Positions 28,830 to 39,123 of a stretch of 64,000 nucleotides of DNA are shown one piece after another. A program made the position numbers and the translations under genes. The notes under the pieces were generated by a model. It was not told the origin of the DNA. It made no database searches and was given only the letters and a program-made list of their open reading frames with translations. Location of the stretch: the sequence record SRR20825006_1106. The stretch is one strand, 5' to 3'. Position 1 is the first letter of the stretch, and each line of letters opens with the position of its first letter.

Positions 28830-29745
28830 CGTTAGCCTCCTCTCCCATCAAAGCCATAAAACTATCTTCTATATTGGGAGTGACCGATTCAATTTCCACA
28901 TCGTGGATGCCTTGCTTAACTAAATAGCTTTTCAGCTCTTCTAAGTCAGGATTTTCATTCTTTTCCGTGTAATGGAGAAATTCGCCAAAAGGATGGACTG
29001 AATGAGTTTGTTCGTAGTTTTTCAATGCTAAAAGAAGAGGATAGGTCTCTGCTGCTTTTATGCCTAGTAACGGCTTTTTGAAAGTTCTTACAATGTTAAA
29101 GGGAGTATCAATCTGTAGTGTTTTTCCTTCTTGGATGAGTGCAACGCGATCGCATAATTTCGCTTCATCCATATAAGGTGTAGAAACCACAATGCTAATC
29201 CCTTGTTCTTTCAGGCTCACCAACATATCCCAAAATTCTTTTCTCGAAACGGCATCAACACCGGTTGTTGGTTCATCGAGAAATAGCAACTCTGGTTTAT
29301 GAATTAGGGCACAACACAGCGCCAACTTTTGTTTCATCCCACCTGAAAGCTTTCCCGCTAAACGAGTATTAAAAGGCTCCAGCTGTTTGTAAATGGGCTC
29401 AATCAGTTCATAATTTTCTGATATGGTAGTTCCAAATACCGATGCAAAAAAATCTAAATTTTCTTCAACACTTAAATCCTGATATAAAGAAAATTTACCT
29501 GGCATATAGCCCAATTTGGGACGTATTTTTTTGTATTCAGAAACTACATCATAACCCAACACTTTAGCGCTTCCTGAATCTGGAATCAGAAGTGTGGTTA
29601 AAATCCTAAATAAGGTTGTTTTTCCCGCACCATCTGGGCCGATGAAGCCGAAAATCTCGCCCTTGCTTACACTTACATTAATGTCAGTTAGTGCATTTAC
29701 AGAACCGTAGGATTTATTTAGCGATGTTATTTCTACTACAGACAT
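28822..29745 (-). CDS. ABC transporter ATP-binding protein (YbhF N-half-like)
   Basis: Walker A GPDGAGKT, LSGGMKQ, LDEPT, STPY (switch His replaced). Confidence 0.92.
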   Translation of the reverse strand: MSVVEITSLNKSYGSVNALTDINVSVSKGEIFGFIGPDGAGKTTLFRILTTLLIPDSGSAKVLGYDVVSEYKKIRPKLGYMPGKFSLYQDLSVEENLDFFASVFGTTISENYELIEPIYKQLEPFNTRLAGKLSGGMKQKLALCCALIHKPELLFLDEPTTGVDAVSRKEFWDMLVSLKEQGISIVVSTPYMDEAKLCDRVALIQEGKTLQIDTPFNIVRTFKKPLLGIKAAETYPLLLALKNYEQTHSVHPFGEFLHYTEKNENPDLEELKSYLVKQGIHDVEIESVTPNIEDSFMALMGEEANDE

Positions 29746-29752
29746 GAACGTG

Positions 29753-30640
29753 CTAGTTAAAGTTTACCTCTCCAGGCATTCCAATTTTTATCAATCCATT
29801 TGGATTCAACACCTTCACTTTCACTGCATAAACTTGGGTTACACGTTCTTCTTTTGTTTGAATCATTTTGGGTGTGAATTCTGCCTCGGACGAAATCCAC
29901 GCAACGGTTCCTGAAAGCTTTTGGTTGGTGGTCTCAGTTTCATCGATAAGAACTTCTACTTCTTGTCCCAATTTGATGTTTGGCAATTGCCCTCCTTCTA
30001 CATAAACTCGTAAAATCATTTCGTCAATATTAGCAATTTCAAACAATGGTTTACCTGCGCCAATAAGCTCATGTTGCTCCACAAATTTGTTTAGAACTAT
30101 TCCATTAATTGGATTTACTATTACCGCTCGATGAATCTTATCGTTTATCTGATCCAGCTTTGCATTTACCATCTCTATTTCTGCAAATACCGACTTTTTC
30201 TGAACCTCCGAAGCTCTAATTTGTTTCTCTAAACTAGTTACTTGTCCTGATGCATTATCTATCTGTTGCTGAGTTGAAGCCTTTTCTTTCATTAAAGCCT
30301 CTAGTCTACTTAGCTCCTTTTTTGCGGTTACAAGTTGTGCTTCAAACACATTCTTTTGAGCTTCAATGGTACCGATTTTGGTTTTAATTGATGCTCTTGT
30401 GGCCTTTAGTTCTTGCTTTTGCAGATAGCTTTGCACCGTATCTACGAATCCAGCTACTTCATTGGCGACCAATGTTTTTCCTTCTTCTACCTCAAAAGAA
30501 ACCAGCTTGCCTGACACCTCGCTAGAAATCGTTGTTGCATCAACTTCAAATTGCCCATACGCATCCGATTTTTGTTCGCTAGTGCAGGAAATGGCAGTCA
30601 AAAATAACAGCAACGCTCCAAGTTTACTTCTCAGTTCCAT
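29753..30640 (-). CDS. HlyD-family periplasmic adaptor (YbhG-like), lipoprotein
   Basis: Lipobox TAISC, lipoyl halves flanking a coiled coil, AEFTPK.IQT..ER motif. Confidence 0.9.
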   Translation of the reverse strand: MELRSKLGALLLFLTAISCTSEQKSDAYGQFEVDATTISSEVSGKLVSFEVEEGKTLVANEVAGFVDTVQSYLQKQELKATRASIKTKIGTIEAQKNVFEAQLVTAKKELSRLEALMKEKASTQQQIDNASGQVTSLEKQIRASEVQKKSVFAEIEMVNAKLDQINDKIHRAVIVNPINGIVLNKFVEQHELIGAGKPLFEIANIDEMILRVYVEGGQLPNIKLGQEVEVLIDETETTNQKLSGTVAWISSEAEFTPKMIQTKEERVTQVYAVKVKVLNPNGLIKIGMPGEVNFN

Positions 30641-31923
30641 ACTATTCCTTTCTTTGTTAAGTACTCGATATTTGTTTTTACTAATTCCGTTTGATGAACT
30701 TCTAAATTCAATTTAGCTCTGTGCTCAGCATTTAGTTCTGTTAGCCATTCTGTAGATGTGATAACACCATGCTCGAGTAAACTTTTCTTTTCGCTTACCA
30801 CTTGTTTTCTTAGTTCTACAATACTTTTGTCGAGCTCAATCTGCTTTTCCAAACTTCTGATTCGCTCCAACAATTGAGTTAACGAAGCCTCCAATTGCAA
30901 AGTAAAGGCGTTCTCTTCCACTTCAATACTTCTTTGCTCCAACAAAAGAACTTCATTTCTTTTGGAAGCATTATGCCAATTTCTGAAACTCCATTGCGCT
31001 TTTAACCCAACCATCCAATACAGTTGCATATCATCATCAAATGCATTTAATCCAGGTCGTGCATAAGCTGTTTTTGCAAATGCTGAAAGAGTTGGAAGTT
31101 TATCTGCTTTTAATAAACCTTTGCTCTCTTCTAGCATCGTTGATCTTGCTTTAAAGAGTTCCAATTCAGCTCTGTGTATAGAAGCTTCATTTAGTGTATC
31201 TAATTCTTCTAAGTCGGGATAAGCTAAATCTGGTTGGTTTTTAAAATCTGTACCTAGAATTAACCCTAACGCTTCAAACCCAGATTTTACTGAGGATTTA
31301 AGTTCTAACTGTTGTTGCTCAAGTTTTAATAACTCTGCCTTTAGAACCAATTCATTTCCAGGTAGAAGCACTCCATTTTTTACTCTAGATTGAACCAATT
31401 TTAGTTGTTCAGCAATATCATTGGCCATTAGACTGAGAGATTCTTGCTGTTTTTTCAAAAGGATTATTCCGAAAAATAACCCATCAATTTGAGCACGTAC
31501 ATTTTGTAGCTCTACATCAACCATAGCCAAAGAGGCTTTTTCGTTACTGTTTTCAATCTTTTTTAAAGCACCAACTCTACCCCCATCAAAAATTGATTGA
31601 TTAACATCTATGGAAATACTGTAGTGGTCTTTGCTAAAACCTGGCGAGGATGTGCCCGGAGCAGCAAAAGGAACTTCCGTTACATCAGATTGGTAACTTG
31701 TGCTTGCTCCGACAATTATATTTGGCAACCAGTTAGATTGATTAAGTTGCTGATTAAATCCAGCAATCTTTTGCCTTATCTCAACCTTCTCTGCCGAAGG
31801 ATAGTTCTTTTTTATCTTTTGATAAGCTTCTTGAAGTGTAAAAGTCGGCTCTTCACTTTGTGCCATCAGTGGAGTAACCAATAAACCAAGCACTCCTATC
31901 AATGCAATTCTGAAGATTTTCAT
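30631..31923 (-). CDS. TolC-family outer-membrane efflux channel
   Basis: Signal peptide, two OEP-like repeats (WLPNI...IFDGG; KLPTL), efflux operon context. Confidence 0.85.
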   Translation of the reverse strand: MKIFRIALIGVLGLLVTPLMAQSEEPTFTLQEAYQKIKKNYPSAEKVEIRQKIAGFNQQLNQSNWLPNIIVGASTSYQSDVTEVPFAAPGTSSPGFSKDHYSISIDVNQSIFDGGRVGALKKIENSNEKASLAMVDVELQNVRAQIDGLFFGIILLKKQQESLSLMANDIAEQLKLVQSRVKNGVLLPGNELVLKAELLKLEQQQLELKSSVKSGFEALGLILGTDFKNQPDLAYPDLEELDTLNEASIHRAELELFKARSTMLEESKGLLKADKLPTLSAFAKTAYARPGLNAFDDDMQLYWMVGLKAQWSFRNWHNASKRNEVLLLEQRSIEVEENAFTLQLEASLTQLLERIRSLEKQIELDKSIVELRKQVVSEKKSLLEHGVITSTEWLTELNAEHRAKLNLEVHQTELVKTNIEYLTKKGIVWN

Positions 31924-32525
31924 AATATAACCCCATTAAAAATCAGGTTTGGGATAAGTTCTCTGCGTTCATTCAGAAAACTATCGTATTCATTATCATC
32001 TAAATGAAATAAAGTCTGAGCCATGTTCCTAGCTATCATTGGCATCATGCAAAGACTTATAACATTGATAAGAAATTGATCGGGTGCAATTCCGCGCATT
32101 TTTCCTGAAGCTACGCCCTCTTCTACTTGTTCAATAAATTCTTCAGGGAGATGCATATCCATTGATTTAATGAATTCTTTGAATCTTTCTGGATTCTGGT
32201 TCATTTCATAAACCACAAAGGCAGGCAAGTGAGTATTCTCTAAATATACATCATGATAGAAGTTCACAATCTGAACTACTTTTTCTCGCAGAGTCTTATC
32301 ATTAGCCAAAATGCCAAACAAAGCAGGCATGATTTTCTTAACTCCAGATTTAAAAACCTCTTGAAATAACGCATTCTTACTTCTAAAGTAATAATGCAGC
32401 ATAGATTTGTTTATTCCAGCTTCATCTGCAATCTCCTGCATCCTCGCGCCTTCAAAGCCTCTAAGCTGAAACACTCGCTGAGCAGCTTCAAATATTCGTT
32501 CTTCTGTTTCCTTTTCAATAGCCAT
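31920..32525 (-). CDS. TetR/AcrR-family regulator
   Basis: HTH GFEGARMQEIADEAGINKSMLHYYFRSK; ATG at 32525. Confidence 0.93.
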   Translation of the reverse strand: MAIEKETEERIFEAAQRVFQLRGFEGARMQEIADEAGINKSMLHYYFRSKNALFQEVFKSGVKKIMPALFGILANDKTLREKVVQIVNFYHDVYLENTHLPAFVVYEMNQNPERFKEFIKSMDMHLPEEFIEQVEEGVASGKMRGIAPDQFLINVISLCMMPMIARNMAQTLFHLDDNEYDSFLNERRELIPNLIFNGVIL

Positions 32526-32564
32526 AATCAAATTAATTTGTATTAAATCAATAGTAAGACTTTA

Positions 32565-32615
32565 AACCATCTAATTCAACCATTTGGTTAAACTATAATA
32601 TCCAACCAATTAATT
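32565..32615. promoter_or_regulatory. Putative TetR operator sites
   Basis: AACCAttTGGTT near-palindrome (32578-32589) with degenerate copies at 32565-32576 and 32604-32615. Confidence 0.55.
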
Positions 32616-32738
32616 TGTGCTAAATAATTCCTATTTCTTATTTTAGATGTATTCTAAACATTATTTTTTTCTTCATATATCCTTCATCTTTAATGGCTAA
32701 TTTTTGATTCTAATTACAAACCAACCATATTTAAGATT

Positions 32739-33200
32739 ATGAATATTTTAATTTCACTTTTAATGCTGTTCGTTTTTACGCAACCAAGCACTGATAAAAA
32801 AGCTACTGTTAGCACTACAGCTGACGCTGTGACCGAAGTTGTGATTGAAGGAAACGATCAGATGAGATTTAATCTTACTGAGATTAAAGTTAAAGCTGGA
32901 TCTACTGTTAAACTTACTTTGAAACATGTAGGTAAGCTTCCAAAACAAGCAATGGGACACAACTGGGTTCTTTTGAATGCCGATGTAGTTGTTAAAGACT
33001 TTGCAATGTCTGCAATGAGCGCTAGAGACAACGACTATATTCCAAAAGACTCAAAAGATGTTATTGTTCATACCGACTTAGTTGGCGGTGGCGAGTCTAC
33101 TACTATTGAATTTGAAGCTCCGGCTAAAGGTGAGTATACTTTTATCTGTAGTTTTCCTGGCCATTATGGTTTGATGAAAGGCACGTTTATTGTAGAATAA
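32739..33200 (+). CDS. azu: Azurin (blue copper protein)
   Basis: GNDQMRF, MGHNWV (His ligand), CSFPGHYGLM (Cys/His/Met ligands); signal peptide. Confidence 0.9.
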   Translation: MNILISLLMLFVFTQPSTDKKATVSTTADAVTEVVIEGNDQMRFNLTEIKVKAGSTVKLTLKHVGKLPKQAMGHNWVLLNADVVVKDFAMSAMSARDNDYIPKDSKDVIVHTDLVGGGESTTIEFEAPAKGEYTFICSFPGHYGLMKGTFIVE

Positions 33201-33224
33201 ACTTCCTTCATTTCTATTAGACAT

Positions 33225-33259
33225 AAAGCCCAGTTAAGTTCGCTTAGCTGGGCTTTTTT
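33225..33259. terminator. Intrinsic terminator between convergent genes
   Basis: aaagcccagttaag-ttcg-cttagctgggcttt followed by a T tract. Confidence 0.8.
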
Positions 33260-33283
33260 ATTGAGAATTACTTTATGAATGGA

Positions 33284-35638
33284 CTAGAACTCTACTTTCC
33301 AACTTAGCAGTGGCAAGGGTATCCCTTCTTCTACCAAATCAACTTTCTTTGTTTGGTAGTTATAATCGAAAGATTTGTCCTTGGCTCCTAAAACATTCTT
33401 TATCTGAAGCGCCCAAATACTGGAATAGCTTTTAAAATTTCTACGGTAGTTGACGGTTAAATCTAATATGACACTATCATCGAATTTTCTTGTAAACGCT
33501 TTGCTTTCGTCAAATACTACTTGTTCCATGCTTTTTGAATCAGATTGACTAACAGGGCTATACCTTTCCCCGCCAGTGTAACTTACTCTACCATTCACCC
33601 CCAGTAGATTTCTTCCCCCTTTAAATTCAAACTCTTTACCCACTAATAGATTCGTTGCGATATTCTGATTAAAACGAGTATCTCTCCAAACGCCATCCCC
33701 ACCTTTGTAAGTTGAGGAATAGAACGTTCCGGTTAACATGTAGTAATAATTATTATCCATATAGCGCTCAAAAGTGAGCTCTAATCCATAGTTCTTACCT
33801 TCACCATCATTTACTAGAGTCTCATTAAAAGTGAAGTCTTGAACAAAATTAAGCATCGAGAAACTACTATCCGCAATTACTGGAACATCATATAGATATT
33901 GCCAAAACACTTCCGCTTTTAACAGATGGATATCGCTCATTTTTCTCTTTACCCCCGCAACCAAATGATGCGCTTTTGTCATTTCGAGCTTTCTGTTTGG
34001 GAGCCCATTCTCTGGCTGAACAAAATAGGCGCTTAGTTCTTCTATTTGGCTGTGTAACCCATAACCAACGCTAAAACCTGTAGTAGTATTAACTTGGTAA
34101 TCTAGTGAGGCACGCGGTTCTAAAAGCATTTCTTCATTAAGTGAAAACCATTGCCCATGCAAACCCGCTAAGAAAGTGAGTTTGGGTGAAATTAACATCT
34201 TAGCGTTGCTATATATTTGAACTAACTCTGCGCTTCCATCACCTTCTGATAATTGAGTATAAATAGATTGATTATCCAATTTACCAGCAATATCTACATT
34301 ATAGACTAATTCTTGAGCCTCAAAGCCTGAACGAAGTACTATCCTCTTACCCAACTTTTGGTTGATATAACTTTTGAAGGCAATTCGACTTGTATTACTT
34401 TTGATTCCGATATACGGCTGCATATTCAAGTTATCGTCGAAACGATTTTCAGTGTATTTAGTGGAGTTTCCCGAAAGTGCTAACGTCGTTTTAATATAGC
34501 TTTTTGAATTCAACAAATAACTGTGAGAAAGACCTAAAGCGCCAACTCCCAACTCAATTCTATTATCTGTAAAATCCCAGAAAGCATATTCCCAATTGGA
34601 GGAATCTGTTTTTGCTTCCATAGTTTGATAATCTAGACCGCCAACACCCCATAGTTCAAAACGGCCTGAGTTTTTTGTAGGAACATCTACCTTAAAAGAA
34701 ATGTCTTGATATCTGATAGCTCCTTCTGTTGGCAATAAAGGCTGGAGAAATGTTAGCGTAGAGAATCGATAATTGAATAAATACGTTGCTGTCCCATTCT
34801 TTTTGAACGGCCCTCCTGAACTTGCTTCAATTCCGTTTAATCCTAACTGGAAGGCATGTTCGCGCTTTTCTCTTGGGCCAGATCTGAAATTAATATCAAA
34901 CACCCCTGAAAGCGCATTCCCATATTCTGACGGAAAAGCTCCGGTATAAAAATCTGAATTGGCAAGTAGTTGCGCACTAAATAGCGTGAGCCCACCACCG
35001 CCAGCAACTGAAAGTCCTGCAAAATGATTTGGGTTCGGGATTTCAATCCCTTCTAGCCTCCATTGAACACTTTTTGGAGCATTCCCTCTAATAGAAATCG
35101 CATTGTTTTGTACGCCACCTGTAGATGTTACGCCTGCAAACACGGTTACCAATCGCGCAGGATCATCTAACCCACCAGCATAACGTTGAGTTTCTTCTAT
35201 AGTGAAGGTTTTGGCGCTTACAAAGGCCATATCATTTATAGCCTGCTCTTTTTGGAATGAGGCTACAACCTCTATGCTTTCCCCTTCAAAGATATCTTCC
35301 TTCATTTCAACTCTAAGAATCACTTCTTTCCCAGCTGTCACCAAAACCTCTGATATCACAATGGGTTTATAACCTAGAAAAGAAACTTTGAAATCATGCC
35401 GACCAACAGGAACTTCAGACAACAGAAATTCGCCATCAGCATTCGAAGATGTCCCCAATAAAGGCTCATAATCTAGAAGAATTATATTGGCCCCGGGCAA
35501 TGTTTCTTTTGTGACATTATCAACAATTACTCCAGAAACTCTTTGCGTTAAAGGCTGATTTGATTGTTGGGCTAGTACAGAATTACTACCAACAAAAACA
35601 CAAATAATGAAGCTTAAAAATTGTTTGGTGATACGCAT
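33284..35638 (-). CDS. TonB-dependent receptor with N-terminal carboxypeptidase-regulatory-like domain
   Basis: ETLPGANI/SFLGY N-domain, plug motifs DPARL, ISIRGN, IPNPNHF; terminal WKVEF. Confidence 0.88.
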   Translation of the reverse strand: MRITKQFLSFIICVFVGSNSVLAQQSNQPLTQRVSGVIVDNVTKETLPGANIILLDYEPLLGTSSNADGEFLLSEVPVGRHDFKVSFLGYKPIVISEVLVTAGKEVILRVEMKEDIFEGESIEVVASFQKEQAINDMAFVSAKTFTIEETQRYAGGLDDPARLVTVFAGVTSTGGVQNNAISIRGNAPKSVQWRLEGIEIPNPNHFAGLSVAGGGGLTLFSAQLLANSDFYTGAFPSEYGNALSGVFDINFRSGPREKREHAFQLGLNGIEASSGGPFKKNGTATYLFNYRFSTLTFLQPLLPTEGAIRYQDISFKVDVPTKNSGRFELWGVGGLDYQTMEAKTDSSNWEYAFWDFTDNRIELGVGALGLSHSYLLNSKSYIKTTLALSGNSTKYTENRFDDNLNMQPYIGIKSNTSRIAFKSYINQKLGKRIVLRSGFEAQELVYNVDIAGKLDNQSIYTQLSEGDGSAELVQIYSNAKMLISPKLTFLAGLHGQWFSLNEEMLLEPRASLDYQVNTTTGFSVGYGLHSQIEELSAYFVQPENGLPNRKLEMTKAHHLVAGVKRKMSDIHLLKAEVFWQYLYDVPVIADSSFSMLNFVQDFTFNETLVNDGEGKNYGLELTFERYMDNNYYYMLTGTFYSSTYKGGDGVWRDTRFNQNIATNLLVGKEFEFKGGRNLLGVNGRVSYTGGERYSPVSQSDSKSMEQVVFDESKAFTRKFDDSVILDLTVNYRRNFKSYSSIWALQIKNVLGAKDKSFDYNYQTKKVDLVEEGIPLPLLSWKVEF

Positions 35639-35687
35639 GAATTACATTTTGAGTTTTAATTTTCCTCAAAACTAGTTCATTAATAAG

Positions 35688-35717
35688 GTCCAATCGTCCA
35701 TACCAAGTGGATTGGAC
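35688..35717. promoter_or_regulatory. Inverted repeat GTCCAATC-N14-GATTGGAC, candidate operator
   Basis: Perfect 8-bp arms between the AraC gene stop and the TBDR start. Confidence 0.45.
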
Positions 35718-35736
35718 TTCTTTTATAGCGAAATAG

Positions 35737-36879
35737 CTACAGTTTTTCTGTTTGAAGCTCTTTTTTGTATTGCGATGGGGTTTGTCCTGTATGTTTTTTA
35801 AACACAGAATTGAACGATGATTTAGAATTAAACCCAGACTCTAGCCCGATGGCAAGCAATGTATAATTGCTATTTTTTTGATTCTTAATCTGGATTTTTA
35901 CTTCTTCTACTCTATACGTATTCACAAAATCGTAGAAATTCTTACTGCTGTATTTATTAATTACTTCGGTTAGATTATGTGGAGATATTTCTAACATATC
36001 CGCTAGATTTCGTAGACTAAGTTCATTATTAGTAAAAGGTTTTTCCTCATCCATTAACCTTAACAATCTTTCAGAAATCTCCCTCCCTAAACCATCATCT
36101 AAACCAGATTTTGTGTAACTCTCTTCCTTTTCTACACCCGTTTCTTCTTTAGCTTCCAAATGCTTTTCAAAATCAGTAAAAAATTCAGGCTGAATTAATC
36201 CCAAGTATCCAATACTGTATACAAAAACAGTAACAGCAATCAGATTAAACATCCAAAACTTATCATCTACATTAGAATAATATCCAACAATTTGTATGCC
36301 AACGGTAAAAATAACCATCGAGACTAGACATAGAGTAAATACCTGAAGCCAATTTAGATTGTGTTTTTCTATGGATGAGTATTGTTCTTTTAACTTCTTT
36401 CTATATAAAAGAACTTCTCGGATTATGAAAGGAAAGTAACTGAGATTGTAAGCAAGTTTTGCATTGCTAATAAAACCAAAGCCATAAGTGAGAGAACCAC
36501 TTGAGTTAGTTAACGCTATTTTCTCTTCACCCGAGCTTAGATAAAACGGTACTAAATACAGAACCAGTATCATAAATGGGATGAAGTGAAGCCCATCTTT
36601 AATTTCGAAATTAATCTTCCTTTTTATAATGGAAACCACATAAAGATAACTCAGGGGGGCATAAAGTAGCGTAATTGCATAATCTATCCCAAGAGCGTGA
36701 GGGTGAACTGATTTGAGTCCGTAACCAATGTATGACGCCATGGCCAAATCAACTGTAAATACCAGCATTAATAAAGAAAGCAATCTGTTCGAATACTTAT
36801 TGACCTTTTTTGTAGCTAAAACGAGCGATAGAATAACGCCGTGTATAGCTGCAAGAAAAAAGATGGTGTTAATTAGCAT
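35737..36879 (-). CDS. Membrane-anchored AraC-family regulator
   Basis: Multiple N-terminal TM helices; C-terminal HTH with NFYDFVNTYRVE and SGFNSKSSFNSVFKKHTGQTP. Confidence 0.9.
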   Translation of the reverse strand: MLINTIFFLAAIHGVILSLVLATKKVNKYSNRLLSLLMLVFTVDLAMASYIGYGLKSVHPHALGIDYAITLLYAPLSYLYVVSIIKRKINFEIKDGLHFIPFMILVLYLVPFYLSSGEEKIALTNSSGSLTYGFGFISNAKLAYNLSYFPFIIREVLLYRKKLKEQYSSIEKHNLNWLQVFTLCLVSMVIFTVGIQIVGYYSNVDDKFWMFNLIAVTVFVYSIGYLGLIQPEFFTDFEKHLEAKEETGVEKEESYTKSGLDDGLGREISERLLRLMDEEKPFTNNELSLRNLADMLEISPHNLTEVINKYSSKNFYDFVNTYRVEEVKIQIKNQKNSNYTLLAIGLESGFNSKSSFNSVFKKHTGQTPSQYKKELQTEKL

Positions 36880-36969
36880 TCGAAAAATATATCCTATATT
36901 TCAAATCAATAATAGGCTAAAATATAGCTTATCAATACTCAAAGTAGTGTTAGATTTTGAGCAACTCGA

Positions 36970-37353
36970 CTAAATCATACTTGCGATTTCTTTAACATTT
37001 TCTACAATGGTGTAGCAAATCCATATGATTGCAAGGGAAATAAAAACTCCCTGGAACATATGCATGAACTCCATTCCATGTGCTCCACTAGGATATCTAA
37101 GCCCAATTTGACGAATATGAGTTCGAACTTTCTTAAAAGTAAAAAAGTAAACAGAGGCTAAACTACCAAAGCTTAGAAGAATTAAAATCTGATATACTTG
37201 ATTGGAAATATCTACCTCAAAATAGTTAGACAATAAAAAACCCAAACCTTTCCCAAGTAAATGGATACATGGAACGATTAATAATACACCAGCACCAGCA
37301 AGTATTTTCTGGGAGGCAGATAAATTTCTAAACATCAATACCAACCTATCCAA
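36970..37353 (-). CDS. Hypothetical small membrane protein (about 3 TM)
   Basis: Three hydrophobic segments; start overlaps the AAA ATPase stop (alternative ATG at 37335). Confidence 0.6.
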   Translation of the reverse strand: MDRLVLMFRNLSASQKILAGAGVLLIVPCIHLLGKGLGFLLSNYFEVDISNQVYQILILLSFGSLASVYFFTFKKVRTHIRQIGLRYPSGAHGMEFMHMFQGVFISLAIIWICYTIVENVKEIASMI

Positions 37354-39058
37354 CTCTGTATTTCAACTCTTCAATAGTGGCTAATATTTCATTTCTGTCC
37401 ATCTCTCTATATCGCTCTGGTAACAATTCTTTGGAAGTACACTCTATAACCGCATTTAAAGTTTGAAGCTCCACTTCCTCTGGGTAAGTTGGTGGGATAA
37501 AGTCAGCGAGTGCAAGATCTAACACCTCTGGGCTTACTACATCTTCGCCCAAAGCTGCCGCTCTAAATTTCGCACGAGTCAAGGCTGCTTCCATATCTGC
37601 TCCAGAGAAAGTAACAATACCTTTTTCAATCAATTTAGGAACGTATTCCTCCGTTAACTTCAATCCCGTTTTCTTTTTCATTGCCTCAAAAAGTTCCACA
37701 CGCTCTTCTTTTGTATGAGGAGGAAACAAAGCCAAATGTTCTTCTGCTCTACCCTGTCGCTTTAAATCGATAGGCATTAAATCTGGACGTGCGGTCATTA
37801 AAAACCACATAATTCTTCCTCGATGGCTCGTATCGCTCATAAACGTAGCAATCTGAGAAAATACACGACTAGAAACACCGCTATCACCGCCAGCGTTTCT
37901 ATCTCCAAGGTAAGCATCGGCTTCATCAATCATCACTGCTACAGGCGCCATAGCTTTAAGCAGAGAAAGGATTTTTTCTAAATTCCCTTCAGTAACACCT
38001 TGCCACTGACTTCGGAAATTTTTCAATTTCACCATAGGGATACCAACTTCACTAGCAAAACAGGTAACCAAAAAGGTTTTCCCGGTTCCAACAGGCCCAC
38101 AAACTAAATACCCCATTGGCATTACATCTTGGCGACCTTCTTTAAGAGCTTTTACCGCTTGACGAAGATGTTTTTTAACATGAGAATGTCCTGCAACATT
38201 ATCGAGAGAATATTGAGTTTCGACAAACTCTAATAAGCCATAAGCTTCAGCTTCTATAAGTTCTTTCTTGTTCTCTCCAAGGCTTTCAAAGGTAATTAAT
38301 TCTTTATTTTCTCGAGCGTTTGAAAGCACACTTCGGATATTCACGTAATTCAGGCCAGCTGTTTGCTGAGCAATAATATCTGGTGTTACGGCAGACAGTG
38401 TTCCAAAATCGTCATTTTTAGTTTCATATTTTATAAACTCAAGACGATCGCTTTCTCCTGGAATATTAATCTTAATTTCTGTGGTGTAAGGATTCTGAAT
38501 AAGTGTTTTATTTAGGTCAGACAAATTCTCAGTTATCATCACCGTGGTAAAATCGGATGCTAAAAACATGGGGTCGTGTGCCCATCTAGAAAGATACACA
38601 AGAGATGTTCTATCTTCATTCCCAGTGGAACCAGCATCACTCATCGGCACTATCGTCTCTGCATAGTCCATTATTAATGCAATACTCTTCTTTTGCTCTA
38701 AACGGAGGCGGAAGTATTGCTCTAACAGAGACATCACTCTAACGGGATCTTTAGGCATTTTCTGAGCATAATCAGTGCCAATTAAACTATCTCTCCCTGC
38801 AATTGCCTGATTGAAATCTTGTTGAGATTCTTTGTCTCTAAAGTAAATACCTGAAGAACGATCGTAAAAAACTACGAAGTCTCTAGATCCAAAGAACTCA
38901 TCAGAAAGAAATGACTTAAGTCTCGAGAACTCCGTTCCTTCATCTGTTTTAAGAGGCACTAAATCATGGACATTACCATGAAGCAAAAAGGTATTAATAG
39001 TACGGCTTAGATATTTTCTCGCAAATTCTTGAGACCAACGTGGATAAAGATCAAACAT
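37346..39058 (-). CDS. Classical-clade AAA+ ATPase with a degenerate N-terminal AAA-like domain
   Basis: Walker A GPVGTGKT, pore loop SQWQGVTE, Walker B VMIDE, SRH TARPDLMPIDLKRQGR, FSGADME. The N-half has FLLHGNVHD and ALIMDYAE in Walker-like positions without GKT. Confidence 0.88.
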   Translation of the reverse strand: MFDLYPRWSQEFARKYLSRTINTFLLHGNVHDLVPLKTDEGTEFSRLKSFLSDEFFGSRDFVVFYDRSSGIYFRDKESQQDFNQAIAGRDSLIGTDYAQKMPKDPVRVMSLLEQYFRLRLEQKKSIALIMDYAETIVPMSDAGSTGNEDRTSLVYLSRWAHDPMFLASDFTTVMITENLSDLNKTLIQNPYTTEIKINIPGESDRLEFIKYETKNDDFGTLSAVTPDIIAQQTAGLNYVNIRSVLSNARENKELITFESLGENKKELIEAEAYGLLEFVETQYSLDNVAGHSHVKKHLRQAVKALKEGRQDVMPMGYLVCGPVGTGKTFLVTCFASEVGIPMVKLKNFRSQWQGVTEGNLEKILSLLKAMAPVAVMIDEADAYLGDRNAGGDSGVSSRVFSQIATFMSDTSHRGRIMWFLMTARPDLMPIDLKRQGRAEEHLALFPPHTKEERVELFEAMKKKTGLKLTEEYVPKLIEKGIVTFSGADMEAALTRAKFRAAALGEDVVSPEVLDLALADFIPPTYPEEVELQTLNAVIECTSKELLPERYREMDRNEILATIEELKYRVG

Positions 39059-39123
39059 AGTTCCGTTTTTCGATGTTATAGTGTATCAAAGTGAGGCTAA
39101 AATTAAATTACAGCAAGTAATAT

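Noticed and set aside
25859-32525. Split ATP-binding genes in the efflux operon as a frameshifted pseudogene
   Set aside because: Each has a complete ABC domain and its own start; a two-gene YbhF-like arrangement is a normal configuration.
37346-39058. AAA ATPase as PspF, FtsH or an anti-phage ATPase
   Set aside because: No GAFTGA loop or HTH, no TM or HExxH protease domain, and no adjacent nuclease or protease effector.
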